Origin: Candidatus Poribacteria bacterium
Lineage (GTDB): Bacteria > Poribacteria > WGA-4E > WGA-3G
Length of the DNA: 64,000 nt
NCBI GenBank assembly: GCA_965197475.1
Contig: CBDANF010000003.1
Location: forward strand, 1,088,001-1,152,000
Direction: 5' to 3'
Part shown: positions 1 through 10,884 of the stretch, piece by piece
How positions within the stretch are numbered: the first letter of the stretch is position 1
How the letters are laid out: each line of letters opens with the position of its first letter
Notes under the pieces: generated by a model
Told to the model about the DNA's origin: nothing
Seen by the model: only the letters and a program-made list of their open reading frames with translations
The model's database searches: none
Program-made: the position numbers and the translations under genes

Positions 1-1064
1 GCTGCGATTTCCTCTTCAAGTGATGTGATAATCGCAAAAAAAGTTGTATGCGGTTCAAGTTCATAGACCTTCTGGTACATCTCAAGTGCTTTCTGTTTAT
101 CATCAAGAAAACTCTCATAAATTTCAGCCATATTTTGCCATGCATCAACTTCTGTCGGGTCAAGTTCCACAATGCGTTTATAGACTTCTAGGGCATCTGC
201 GTATGGCCGTGTTGTGGCTTCGCGCTTCAGTGCGTGAGCACGTATATAGAGTAAACCGATCAGATCGTTGACAATCTCTTGCATCCCCGGTTGTTTCTGG
301 TGTGCTTCTTCTAAAAGGAGAATTGACTGCGCCTCAAGCCGAGTGATCTCTGCCATATCTTCGCTGGTAAGTTCCCGATCAAGGAATCGGTAACCTTGAA
401 GCGTCTTATTGTAGGTACGTGACAATTGAAGGCGTGCAAGCATACCGATAGGGGCATTTTCAGAGGGAACGTCTATGAAATCAGGATCGCTTTCAATCGC
501 TTTTCTGTAGTGTGTTGATGCCGCTTTATACTGTCGGCTCCCTTGATACAGAACGCCAAGAAGATAGTATGCCTCGGCATGATCAGGACTTTTTTCTAAT
601 ACCTTCAAAAATTGTTTTGTTGCGTCTTCTGGTAAACCTTCATCGCGAAAGAATTTACCGCTTAAAAGAAGAACATTTTCATCATCGGGCTGGATATTTG
701 CAGCATGTTGAAGACGCGATTTTGCATCTTTTAACCAACCACTCTGGGAGTAGATTTCAGCAATACGTAGGTTCGTATGCAAACGGTTTGCTTCATTTCC
801 TTCTGTTTTTTCGGTTTCTAATGCGTGGAGTGCTTGCCAATAGAGATACACAGCACTCCCCAAGTTCTGATCGTCAAAGCGCACATCTGCTTCAGCAATG
901 AGAGCTTCAGCTTCAGACAATGGCGATTCAGGTTGGGCACTGCCCCGCTGCATGTAGAAGGCTGCAAGCACCACGAACCCAATAATCGCTGTGATTTCAG
1001 TATACAAAAGCCAGCGATCATAAGAAAAAAATGATTTGTTTTCAATCTGATTGGTAGATTCCAT
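1..1064 (-). CDS. TPR-repeat membrane-anchored protein (partial, runs off the window start)
   Basis: Manual translation from ATG at 1064: MESTNQIENKSFFSYDRWLLYTEITAIIGFVVLAAFY (TM segment), then TPR-like helices (SPDHAEAYYLLGVLYQGSRQYKAASTHYRKAIESDP). Absent from the ORF track because no stop codon lies in the window. Confidence 0.8.
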   Translation of the reverse strand, partial: MESTNQIENKSFFSYDRWLLYTEITAIIGFVVLAAFYMQRGSAQPESPLSEAEALIAEADVRFDDQNLGSAVYLYWQALHALETEKTEGNEANRLHTNLRIAEIYSQSGWLKDAKSRLQHAANIQPDDENVLLLSGKFFRDEGLPEDATKQFLKVLEKSPDHAEAYYLLGVLYQGSRQYKAASTHYRKAIESDPDFIDVPSENAPIGMLARLQLSRTYNKTLQGYRFLDRELTSEDMAEITRLEAQSILLLEEAHQKQPGMQEIVNDLIGLLYIRAHALKREATTRPYADALEVYKRIVELDPTEVDAWQNMAEIYESFLDDKQKALEMYQKVYELEPHTTFFAIITSLEEEIA

Positions 1065-1073
1065 GTGAGTCTC

Positions 1074-2930
1074 CTACAAAGTGCCATCCTTAGAAGTTTT
1101 TGCTGCAGTCTCCACATCTTCAATGATTTCGAGCATCTTCTCAGCGTCAACAAACTTTTCAATTCGTTTGAAAATATTTTCTTGACCATCCATAAAAATA
1201 ACGACAGGTAATCCTCGAATTTGATATTTCTCTTTCAATATCTTATCAGATTCTAAACTAAAATCGAGTTTGACAGTGATATAATCTTTTAATTTATCAA
1301 CAACAGCTTGTTCTGAAAAAGTCTTATGATCCAGTTCATTGCAGGCACCGCACCAAGTGGCGTAAAAATCAAGCATCACCAATTTGTTTTCCTGTTTAGC
1401 CGCTTCTAATGCCGCGGGTTCATCGTAAACCCAGTTTGGATGAGGTCCGGCAACAGGTTGCTGGAGTCCACCTACAATCATAAAAGCACCGACTATAGCC
1501 AAACAGAGACCGAATGCTTTACGGACTTTCATCCCTGAAGAGATACCGCTAAAACGTTGTGTTAACTTGCCGAGGAACAGTCCAATAAGAATTAAACCAC
1601 CCCCAATGGCGAAAAATGGAAGGGAGTTCTGTAGGAAATTCTTCAATGGGGCAAAGATTTCAACATCTTTGAGGAAGTAGAGTGCCATTGTGATAATGGC
1701 AATGCCGAAGATGTTTTCTAAAATATACATCCATCCGCCTGAACGGGGTAGTTTTGAGAGTAAACCAGAAAACGTTCCTATGCCGATGAACAATAAACCC
1801 ATACCGAGGGCATAGGTTGACATGAGCCAGAATCCAAGGAACAGATTCTGAGATTTCGCTATAAATGTCAGAACAGCAGCTAATGCGGGACCTGTGCATG
1901 GTGCAGCGATAACACCGGCAACAGTTCCCATCGCAAATGCACCCAAAAATCCGGCACCACCGACAGTGTTAAGCCTGTTTTGCACTGAGGAAGGTATCTG
2001 TATTTCAAAAACTCCAAACATTGACAATCCGAGTGAAACAAGTATCAGACTGATGACACCGACAACCCACGGGTTCACCAATATCTGTCCGAATACGGCT
2101 CCAGTAGATGCTACAGCAACACCAAGGATTGAATAGGTAACGATAATTCCGACTACGTAAACAACAGAAAGTAGAAAAGATTTGAAAACACCGGTAGACT
2201 CATTCGCACCGAAGATTGAAACCGTAATTGGTATTAGTGGGTACACACATGGTGTCAAACTCGTTGCGATTCCACCTACAAACACGAGTAGAAATGCCAG
2301 CCATAACTTCCCACCTAATAGCGCGCCTGCAATACCTCCTTCGCGTTCACCGAATTCTATATTGGCAAAAATAGCCTCATTCATCTGTTCCACTGTGTCA
2401 TCTGCGCTAGCGACTTCAATTGGTATTTTTATAACGTGTGTTGTAGGTATAAGACACTGCTCGTCGTTACACGCTTGATATTCAATTTCCAGATTCAAAG
2501 AGATAAGCTCAATAGGGGCGGTTTGAAGCAAAGTCGCTGGAACTCCGATTGTGATAGTATCGTGGTAGACAGAAGCAATGCCTATTGATTCGATATTAAG
2601 CGTGTCACCTGACGGATATACGACTTCTCCGAAGGTTAGATTCGGCGTGTCGGAAGGTGTTACCTTTGTAGGGATAAGTCCTTTACGAGTAGGATTAGCG
2701 TTAACATGCCACCCTTCTGCTATCTTTACGACAACCGCAATTTGGAATTCTTTCCCGGGCTGTACCTTGTCTAAAGAGATATATCCTTCAGCAGTTATTT
2801 TTTCAACAAGTTGATTGTCGGTAAAGTCAAAATCAGGCAACTGTGCTTGTGCACAAATTGGCAGTATTGTCGTGATAAGTGATAATAGAACTAATAGTGA
2901 AAATCGTTGGAACATGGTGTTTTTAAGCAT
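1074..2930 (-). CDS. dsbD: Protein-disulfide reductase DsbD family (N-terminal Ig-like domain, TM domain, C-terminal thioredoxin)
   Basis: Signal peptide; GWHVN and YQACNDEQC in the N-domain; SLTPCVYPLIP and APCTGP transmembrane cysteines; DFYATWCGAC thioredoxin motif. Confidence 0.9.
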   Translation of the reverse strand: MLKNTMFQRFSLLVLLSLITTILPICAQAQLPDFDFTDNQLVEKITAEGYISLDKVQPGKEFQIAVVVKIAEGWHVNANPTRKGLIPTKVTPSDTPNLTFGEVVYPSGDTLNIESIGIASVYHDTITIGVPATLLQTAPIELISLNLEIEYQACNDEQCLIPTTHVIKIPIEVASADDTVEQMNEAIFANIEFGEREGGIAGALLGGKLWLAFLLVFVGGIATSLTPCVYPLIPITVSIFGANESTGVFKSFLLSVVYVVGIIVTYSILGVAVASTGAVFGQILVNPWVVGVISLILVSLGLSMFGVFEIQIPSSVQNRLNTVGGAGFLGAFAMGTVAGVIAAPCTGPALAAVLTFIAKSQNLFLGFWLMSTYALGMGLLFIGIGTFSGLLSKLPRSGGWMYILENIFGIAIITMALYFLKDVEIFAPLKNFLQNSLPFFAIGGGLILIGLFLGKLTQRFSGISSGMKVRKAFGLCLAIVGAFMIVGGLQQPVAGPHPNWVYDEPAALEAAKQENKLVMLDFYATWCGACNELDHKTFSEQAVVDKLKDYITVKLDFSLESDKILKEKYQIRGLPVVIFMDGQENIFKRIEKFVDAEKMLEIIEDVETAAKTSKDGTL

Positions 2931-3022
2931 ACGTTGCTCCCTTTAAGAGAGATTTTGATTAGGCTGGTTTTTCAGAATTATTTTACCAATATTTGTGCAT
3001 TTGTGCAAGTTACCTGAGCATT

Positions 3023-3148
3023 GGGTATGTAAAGTTTTGACATTAAGCACGTAAAGTATTGTAGGTTTGGGTAGAGCGAAGCGAAACCCAACAAAAATCC
3101 GAGAAATCCGCATAATCCAAGATTCAGATGTCAAAAACTTCACACACC
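3023..3148. mobile_element. MITE with IS256-like ends containing a GTAG REP
   Basis: Imperfect TIR GGGTATGTAAAGTTTTGACAT / ATGTCAAAAACTTCACACACC, same end family as 12088-12320; internal GTAGGTTTGGGTAGAGCGAAGCGAAACCCAAC at 3061-3092. Confidence 0.6.
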
Positions 3149-4768
3149 TTACCGCGGTTCAAGCACAACACATGGCAGGATCATCTCTTCAAATGAAATT
3201 CCGCCGTGTTGGAAACTGCCCTGAAACATCTCTCTATAGACATTAAACTGGTTCTCGTATATAAAATAGTAATCCTCTTTAGCAAGGGTGTAGTTCTTTT
3301 CTGCTGTGCTGTATGGTAATCGGTATGCTTCTGGATTATTTATGAGCAAACCTGCTTCAGGGGCACATGAGATGTCTCTGCCCTCTTTTGTTCGGAGTCC
3401 GCTTGAGAGTTCGTGCGGGCTCGAAATTTTCGCTGCGTTTTGACAGAGTACTGAACCGTGATCCGATGTTATTATTATAGTTATACCACGTTCGGCTGCA
3501 AGACTAATTATCTTATAGAGTCGTGAATTTTGAAACCACATTTGGACAAGCGTGCGAAACGCTTCTTCATCTGGAATGAGTTGCTGAAATAGGGGCACCT
3601 CGCTTCGTTGGTGCGTCAACATGTCAAGAAAATCAACAACTACTGCTGCAAAACTAATCCGGTTTGCGTCAGTTAACCATTGTAGATATTGAATCTCACC
3701 CCGCTCATCAAAAATTTTGAAGTAATGGGGTGATGGTTTTAGCGCGATGCCATGCCGCTCAAGTTGTAAACGCATGAGTTCCTTCTCGTGGCGGTTGATA
3801 CTCGTGTGTTCCTCATCCGGTTCAGCGTATAGATCAGGGTATCGTTCAGCCAAATCCCTCGGAAACAGACCGCTAAAAATAGCATTCCGAGCATAACGGG
3901 TTGTCGTTGGCAGAATAGAATAGTAATAGTGCTTTGTCATGTGGAAATCACGGTAGAGCAGCGGTTCAATTTTAAACCAATGATCCAATCGCATACAATC
4001 CATTACCACAAATAGCACGGATTTTCCCACTTGTATCTCTGGAATGACATATTTATAAAAAACATCCACAGATAAAGTCGGCGAGTCTCCACCCTCAAGC
4101 CATAGACTATAGGTGTTTTGAATGTAGTCAGCAAAAGCTGAATTGGCTTCACGTTTTTCACGGGCATGGATAGTTTTAAGCTCGTCCACGTTAGAAAGAC
4201 CATCAAATTTGATATCCCATTCTATGAAATGGATATAAGTATCTATCCATGCTTGCCAATCGTTATCATGATAAGCATCTATCGGTGTATGTGCCTGACT
4301 GTGTTCCAACGCGTATTGCTTATTAAAGTTCTTAACGTACGCTTGTGGCGTATATGCCTCTCGCATCATCTGCTTTTCAAGTAAAAATGCAAGTGATGAA
4401 ACCAACTGTCTGGGATTTGTAGGCATTATCAAGACATCACCGACACCATGAAGACTCGCTTGCGTCATAATCTCTTGTCCACTTGCCTTTGTGAGCAAAA
4501 TCATTGGAATGTGTGCATCCTCTTTACGGATACGTGCAAGCAGGTCGCCATTTCGCGTTGGTGCTTCATAATTTAATAATATAGCGTGGAAAGTCTCATC
4601 TCTGAGTAAAACGATACCCTCTACACCGCTATCTGCTAATGAGACATCATACCCGTGATACTCTAAAAATTGAACATAAGGCTTCAACTCAGACTTCAAA
4701 TATGGGCTTGCAAGCGGTGCTTCTAATGCACTATCAATCCACAGAATTCTCTGTCTTGTTTTTTTCAT
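3149..4768 (-). CDS. PorX-like response regulator: degenerate receiver domain plus PglZ (alkaline-phosphatase-superfamily) domain
   Basis: N-terminal ILWID..KPYVQFLE receiver fold; PglZ motifs VMDCMR, LPTTTRYARNAIFSG, FLDMLTH, TSDHG, FQHGGISFEEM. Confidence 0.85.
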   Translation of the reverse strand: MKKTRQRILWIDSALEAPLASPYLKSELKPYVQFLEYHGYDVSLADSGVEGIVLLRDETFHAILLNYEAPTRNGDLLARIRKEDAHIPMILLTKASGQEIMTQASLHGVGDVLIMPTNPRQLVSSLAFLLEKQMMREAYTPQAYVKNFNKQYALEHSQAHTPIDAYHDNDWQAWIDTYIHFIEWDIKFDGLSNVDELKTIHAREKREANSAFADYIQNTYSLWLEGGDSPTLSVDVFYKYVIPEIQVGKSVLFVVMDCMRLDHWFKIEPLLYRDFHMTKHYYYSILPTTTRYARNAIFSGLFPRDLAERYPDLYAEPDEEHTSINRHEKELMRLQLERHGIALKPSPHYFKIFDERGEIQYLQWLTDANRISFAAVVVDFLDMLTHQRSEVPLFQQLIPDEEAFRTLVQMWFQNSRLYKIISLAAERGITIIITSDHGSVLCQNAAKISSPHELSSGLRTKEGRDISCAPEAGLLINNPEAYRLPYSTAEKNYTLAKEDYYFIYENQFNVYREMFQGSFQHGGISFEEMILPCVVLEPR

Positions 4769-4893
4769 GTCTCATCCCCCTTTTCCTACAATGCTTTGCT
4801 TGCTTGATGTTAGGGTCAACAATTGGGAACGTCCCGCCAAAGATGTGGACATGGTTATGGTTCTCTAAGCCCAATATTATAAAGCTAAGCAGA

Positions 4894-6203
4894 CTAAATT
4901 TTGGAAACAAAACGTCCAGGATTAAATACACCGCTACCGTCGAATTTCGTCTTGACCTGTTTCATTAAGTTGAACGTGCTACCTATCGGACCCCAAACAT
5001 CAACCTGCTGTTTTAGATCAAGCGGCGCAGCCTCTATAATAAGGTTGCCCTGAGCATCTATAGCACGTTGACGCAGTTGAGTCAGCGTATTTGCAAGTTG
5101 TTGGAAATCGGTTTCAGAATCTATAGGTATTTTGAGATAAAGCACACCATTTCCTAATAGTACCATCATGTCATCCGTAACTTTTAGTGCTGTCTCAGCA
5201 AATTCGGCGATATCCGTACGTTTGAGATTAACCTTTACAATAACCGTATCGGATGCCTGATCAATCGCAGGAAATTCCTGAATAGCATGACTAATACTGT
5301 CTCGCGATTCCTCTTCAATTATTTTCACACCAATTGCGCTATTTTGTTCCAAAAGGGTTTGAACTGCGTTGAGCTGCCACGTGACAGTTTCAGAATCTCC
5401 ACCAAACCCAACTACCAGTGTCGGTTTCTTCTCTTGAAATTGACGGATAGGAAAATTTACGAACAGATTCACGAATGTTGGCAATGTCTGAGATCGCACA
5501 ACACATAAACCTGTGTTGACTGCATCTTGAATGTTCTGAAACTGCGCAGCGAGTAATGCCTGCCGCGCAGGTAGCGGTGACAATTTGAGCGTCACCTCAG
5601 TAATAATGCCGAGTGTTCCAAAAGCACCGATATACAGTTTGTTAAGATCGTATCCGGCAACATTTTTAACAACCTTTCCGCCGCTTTTGACAACTGTGCC
5701 ACTAGCATGCACAACGTGCATCCCTAAAACCAAATTTCGCGCTGTTCCATACCGAAGACGTAGCGGGCCACTGGCATTTGTAGCAACAATTCCACCGATA
5801 GTACACCGATCAGCATAAGACGGATCCAACGCAAGAAACTGTCGATGCTGTGCCAATTCGTTTTGGAGGTCAGTTAAACGAATGCCAGCTTGTACAGTCA
5901 CGGTCAAATCAGCGGGTTCATATTCCACCACATTGTTTAGCCGAGTTGTTGACAGCACGATATCCGTTTTTAGAGCTAAGTTGCCGATGCCGAGTTTTGT
6001 TCCTGCGCCAGCAGGCATTACGGACAAATTCTGCTCTGATGCACAGCGAAGAACATTTTGCATCTCTTGGACAGATGCAGGCATTACCACGATTTTCGGA
6101 ACGGTCCCGTCAAAAGTATACGCAGAAACCTGCTCCTTTTGCAAGATGCCAGACTCCCCAACAATGTGTCTAAGTTCATCATGCAATGAATCTGAAGTTT
6201 CCA
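4894..6203 (-). CDS. glcE: FAD-binding oxidoreductase, glycolate oxidase subunit GlcE-like
   Basis: GAGTKL, YEPADLTVTVQAG, TIGGIVATNASGP, SGGKVVKNVAGYDLNKL, FDGSGVFNPGRF; start placed at METSD. Confidence 0.8.
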
Positions 6204-6230
6204 TATACTTCTTTCCTTTCAACGGATAAG

Positions 6231-8210
6231 TTATTTATTTCCTGGCAAAAACTTGTCAATCTCAATTTCAGGCACGGGTAGATTGTCTGTATCAGCAAGT
6301 TTTTTCAAAAGATGTTGTGCCTTTTCATAATGTCCACTCGTATCGGGAATAGACTTGTAAAGATCGCGAGCTTGATCCAAGTTGCCGAGTGGCTGGTGGG
6401 AGAGTGCCTTATTCATGAGACATGCTTCAACCTGGGCAACTCGTTCTGGGAAGTCTTGGTACCGTCCTTCACTAATACCGGGAAGAAACGCCTTATCAGA
6501 AAACATGGTGATGGCATCTTGGTATGCCTCCACTGATTTTTGAAGATAGTATGTATTGAAATTTAACGAAAGATCACCTTCTTGATAGCCTTCAGGTTTA
6601 GCAGCTTCATAGTAGGAGCGACCTTCAAAGAATTTTCCCATCAACTTGACAAGGTCGAACTTGGGAAATGGGCGATAGTCCCACAACTTGGCATATTCTT
6701 CTGCGGCTTCAACGTATTGCTTAAATTCAATCCGTTTAATGTCTGCAAAACGGAGTTGCACATCAGCGGCAAGGATATCAAACTCGTTATCGTTTTTGTT
6801 CTTTTCAATAAACTCGTGGGCAACTTTTTCCAGTTCTTCCTTGCGTCCTAAGTCGTTCAGTGTCCAGATTGCGCCATATAACGCATGCGGCGTGACAGAG
6901 TTTTCTGGAAAATCGTCAATGGTTTGTTGGTACCATTGCAAGGCGTATTCCAGTGTTAGCATTCCTTGTCTTGTTTCACCTGCCTGCATCTGATTGGTGC
7001 CGAGTTTGTAATATGAATCCCCAATTTGGAAGAAACAATAAGGTGTATAATTCAGTTCTGCCTTTTCTCTGACTACACTTTTTTCGTAATCAATCACTGA
7101 TTGATATGCAGTAATTGCTTCGCTCCAACGATCTAATCGGAACAGGCTGTCGGCAATACCGAGTTTCGCATCACCAAAAAACGCACTTTTTGGATAAACG
7201 TTAACAAGGCTTGTGAAAAGAGCTATGGAATTTTCATAGTCTGCTTGATCGAAGTAAGTCTGTCCGATTGTAAACTGAATTTCGGATTGGAGATTTCTGT
7301 CTGTAGTACTTCGCAATGCCAATTCGTAGTTAACACGCGCCCTGTCGAAGTCTAACTGTTTAACATAGATCGCACCTTGGTCAAAGTATGCTGCTATGAC
7401 GAGATTATGATCTGGAAATTGTGTAATAAAGTTCGTATACCGACTGATCGCCTCATCAAGTCTGTATAGTTGGTTCAAACAGAAAGCAGCTTTATACATC
7501 GCTTCGGCTTGAAGATCGGGATAGTTCTTAAATTCTTCGGTAGCAAATTTATCAAATTCTATATAAGCTTGCTCATACGCTCTTTCGTCAAGGAACGATT
7601 GGGCGATGAGAAGTTGAGCATCGTCTTTGAATTCGGATGTTGGGAAGTTGACAAGAATATTTCTGAAGGCGGTTCGACAGTCTTCATAATTTCCCGACTT
7701 ATAGTTCAACTGACCAATAGCGTACCACGCATTTTCTACTTGTAGACTGTTAGGAAAATTTCGAATCAACTGCAAGAACTTTGCTTCAGCGAGTTCATAT
7801 TGCTCTGTTCGATAGAGAATATGACCCCAGAGATATGTTAACCCTTCTTGATGTTTCGGTACAGTAGCAGTTGGTGAGACTTTTTTGATGATCTGAATCG
7901 CTGTATCATAGTAATTCACATCACCTGTCATCTCAGCCAGTCGCGAATAAGCAACTGCGATTTTAAAATTGGCGAGGGTTGTGAAATCCTTGTCAATGTG
8001 TTCTGTATTTACACCCGGTTTTCTTGATTCTTCAAGTGCTGCAGTATACTTGGCGATCGCGCCTTCATAATCCGCTTGTTTATGCATTTTCTCAGCGGAT
8101 TGGTAGAGTTGATTAACATACACAGAACTGCCTATTAACGTCATAGTACACGAAGAGAAGATAAATACAAGAATCAATGTGTAGATTATCCCTAAAATTC
8201 TTATGTTCAT
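6231..8210 (-). CDS. TPR-repeat lipoprotein (BamD/YbgF-like repeats)
   Basis: Lipobox FSSC; repeated 'FP.S....A.Y..G' TPR units. Confidence 0.8.
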   Translation of the reverse strand: MNIRILGIIYTLILVFIFSSCTMTLIGSSVYVNQLYQSAEKMHKQADYEGAIAKYTAALEESRKPGVNTEHIDKDFTTLANFKIAVAYSRLAEMTGDVNYYDTAIQIIKKVSPTATVPKHQEGLTYLWGHILYRTEQYELAEAKFLQLIRNFPNSLQVENAWYAIGQLNYKSGNYEDCRTAFRNILVNFPTSEFKDDAQLLIAQSFLDERAYEQAYIEFDKFATEEFKNYPDLQAEAMYKAAFCLNQLYRLDEAISRYTNFITQFPDHNLVIAAYFDQGAIYVKQLDFDRARVNYELALRSTTDRNLQSEIQFTIGQTYFDQADYENSIALFTSLVNVYPKSAFFGDAKLGIADSLFRLDRWSEAITAYQSVIDYEKSVVREKAELNYTPYCFFQIGDSYYKLGTNQMQAGETRQGMLTLEYALQWYQQTIDDFPENSVTPHALYGAIWTLNDLGRKEELEKVAHEFIEKNKNDNEFDILAADVQLRFADIKRIEFKQYVEAAEEYAKLWDYRPFPKFDLVKLMGKFFEGRSYYEAAKPEGYQEGDLSLNFNTYYLQKSVEAYQDAITMFSDKAFLPGISEGRYQDFPERVAQVEACLMNKALSHQPLGNLDQARDLYKSIPDTSGHYEKAQHLLKKLADTDNLPVPEIEIDKFLPGNK

Positions 8211-8415
8211 TTGCTCTCCTTAGTAGATTCATTGCATGGGCGTAAAATTCGCATCAATCAGAGTTTGAGCGGGACACCAAGACATGCTAAATACGAGAAT
8301 GGCTTATCAATGTACTTTGCGAATTCTCTTATCAGTGTACCTTAAATTTGCATGAAATTCAAGTCATTTTCAATCAGGCACATCAGGTTTTATTTTTTGG
8401 TTCATGAAAATAGAA

Positions 8416-8450
8416 GAAAGCCTCTGTCCTATAAACGCACAGAGGCTTTC
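8416..8450 (-). terminator. Probable intrinsic terminator
   Basis: GAAAGCCTCTGT-N11-ACAGAGGCTTTC hairpin just downstream of the sulfatase, followed by a U-rich tail on the minus strand. Confidence 0.55.
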
Positions 8451-8472
8451 CGCTAAATTTATTTTGCCTTTT

Positions 8473-9916
8473 CTATTCCTTATCCTCTTCTGGATAGTCA
8501 ATTGACCATTTGCCGCGTCCGTCTCCTGTAGGCGATTCTTGCCAAAGTGCTAAGAAATTTTCTGGCGCGTTATGTTCCAAAAGGTGCGTCATAAAGAGTT
8601 GATGCAATTCGGTGACAAGTGCAGCGTTGTCCTCAGAAAGATTATTGATTGCGATTGGGTCTACTGTCAAGTCAAACAACTCAGGCGTGCCGTGTGCCCC
8701 AACAGGAGCATATCCCCAACGTTCTGTAACGAGGAAAGGCGTTGTTGCTCGCCGCGGCACAGTGCCGTTGCGTGAACCGATATGAGTTCCTGTAACCGCA
8801 TACTCTCTGTGCTGTGAATCTCCACTACGAAGTGCATCTGCAAAAGAACGTCCATCAAAAGGTTTAGGCGGATCAAGCGTGATACCCGCCAAATCACACA
8901 ACGTTGGTAGAATGTCCATCGGTTGTGCAATCATGTCAAGACGTTGTCCTTGTGGCACATCTCCGCCAGCAATCAAAAACATCTCATGGTTAATCTCAGG
9001 ATAAGTCGGCCAATACCGCGGGTCTTCAGGGTCAATGTTAGATTTCCCTGTCCTATCGTGTTCTCCAATGGACATCCCGTGGTCAGACATCACAACAACA
9101 AGTGTATCATCCCAAAGTTCAAGGTCCTCAACCTTTTCAAGGTACGTCCGATGTGCCGATCAACCATCTCCGATTCGCCAGCGTAGTGTGCCCACAAGTT
9201 ATGTAACTCAGCATCAGTATAGATAGACGACCGTCCATAGTTTGGATGTAGCATCGGCGGTCCAGAATAGTCAGGATCGTAGCGTTTAACGATATACTCA
9301 GGCGGATCCCACGGTTCGTGCGGATCAAAGAAATCAACCCAAAGGAAGAAGGGGCCAGAACGATAGTTTTCCTCTAAAAATCGTATTGAAGTTTGTGATG
9401 TTCTACCGGAAAACGTCTCTGCCTCGTATTGATAGTATCGGTTTGTCCAACGGTGGGTATTGGGCAAGGTGTTACCTCGGAAGGATTTGGACGCGTTTTC
9501 TCATCCGGCATGATAGTCTGTATTTCGTCATTGAGATGGAGCAGCGGTTTATCACCCTCTTGCCCACGGTGTTGAAAAGCAGCTTGAAATCCTTGCTGGA
9601 ACCGGGCATTGAACAGATGCGGACAATCGCAAATGAGCTGCGTGGCATATCCCTTCCCACCTAACAGTTTAGCGATATGGTTTGGACCGCTCAGATCAAT
9701 CGCCTGCCAGCCGTAGTGCGGCCATCCCACTGTGCCGGTCGCAACATCGGTTCGATGCGGAATAGTCGGAAAACTGCTCATATAGAATTTGTCAATAGCA
9801 GTTGCGCGTTCTGCCTCAAACTTATCAAACATCGGTGTCCGTATAGGTTTTTCAGCCCGTTCACCGAGATTGTCATAGCGGAACGTGTCTGTAATTAATA
9901 AAACAATATTCTTCAT
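8473..9916 (-). pseudogene. Sulfatase-family hydrolase split by two frameshifts
   Basis: Three overlapping ORFs (9374-9916, 9090-9467, 8473-9093) supply consecutive sulfatase motifs (LITDTFRYD, FPTIPHR, FDPHEPWDPP, MSDHG); shifts near 9480 and 9143. Confidence 0.8.
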
Positions 9917-9952
9917 GTTTTATCCTCTTTATTATAGTATTCTTATTTACCC

Positions 9953-10879
9953 TCAAACCTCTTGTCGTGTTGTTTTCAACAGGAGCATAGTCACAAATAG
10001 CAACGGCAGAATCACAGCAACAGAGACAACAATTGACACTTGTGCACCGATTAGGCACGGAAAAAAGAGTATTGAACCTATCATTGATCCCTTCAACGCA
10101 AAATAGCCGTTTTTCTCGTTCGGCTGCAGATAGAGCGGTATACGGGTAATAACGGCAGCAAGCATACCCAGAATTACCCAAACGGCGTAAGTTTTATGGG
10201 CAAGCGGTTCTTCCAGCCAATACGGTAAAAGTGCAATAACAAAAGCTGACATCGTTGCGGTGGCAGATAAAAATAGTGCTGGACGAATACCGAGTTGCAC
10301 AGGTGTTGTTGTGATACCGAGTTGTTTGTCACGTGAAATGTCTTTAAACGTGGTTGTAATGTGCGTGCCTAAATCGTAAAGCGTTGTTGCTCCAAAAGCA
10401 TACCACACTAATCGTGGCACACTTCCACTCACGACTAACGCACCAAAAACGTTCAAAAGTCCAATTCCCAAAGGCAATGTCAAGCTTCCTAAGATACCGC
10501 GAGCTTTGAAAAAAGCATTATAGAGGTGCGAAATAGCGACCAACGCCATCACTAACACACCCGCTTTTACGTTTAGCAAAAATCCGCTGACGACACAGAG
10601 TGCATAGATAATGCTTGCAGGCACCAGTGCTTGCTTAGGTGTTAACCGATGTGAAGGAAGGGGACGATCCGGATTCGCCCGCGCGTCTGTTTCGCGGTGG
10701 AAATAGTCGTTTTTTATCATTCCAGCAAAATAGCCGAACAACGCTATGACTAACGCCGCAGCAACGCGCCACGTCAATTGTCCCTCACTCGCAATAAGCG
10801 CGCCAGGAAGTGTCGCAACAATTGGAATCCCAAAAAGCGGATAGCGGATGAGTTCAAGATATGCTTTGATACGACTCAT
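9953..10879 (-). CDS. UbiA-family prenyltransferase (DGGGP synthase-like)
   Basis: Multiple TM helices; NDYFHRETD..NPDRPLPS and KDISRDKQLGITT motifs. Confidence 0.8.
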   Translation of the reverse strand: MSRIKAYLELIRYPLFGIPIVATLPGALIASEGQLTWRVAAALVIALFGYFAGMIKNDYFHRETDARANPDRPLPSHRLTPKQALVPASIIYALCVVSGFLLNVKAGVLVMALVAISHLYNAFFKARGILGSLTLPLGIGLLNVFGALVVSGSVPRLVWYAFGATTLYDLGTHITTTFKDISRDKQLGITTTPVQLGIRPALFLSATATMSAFVIALLPYWLEEPLAHKTYAVWVILGMLAAVITRIPLYLQPNEKNGYFALKGSMIGSILFFPCLIGAQVSIVVSVAVILPLLFVTMLLLKTTRQEV

Positions 10880-10884
10880 TATGA

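Noticed and set aside
3149-4768. BREX system suggested by the PglZ domain
   Set aside because: The architecture is receiver-PglZ (PorX type), and no brxC, pglX or brxL genes are nearby.
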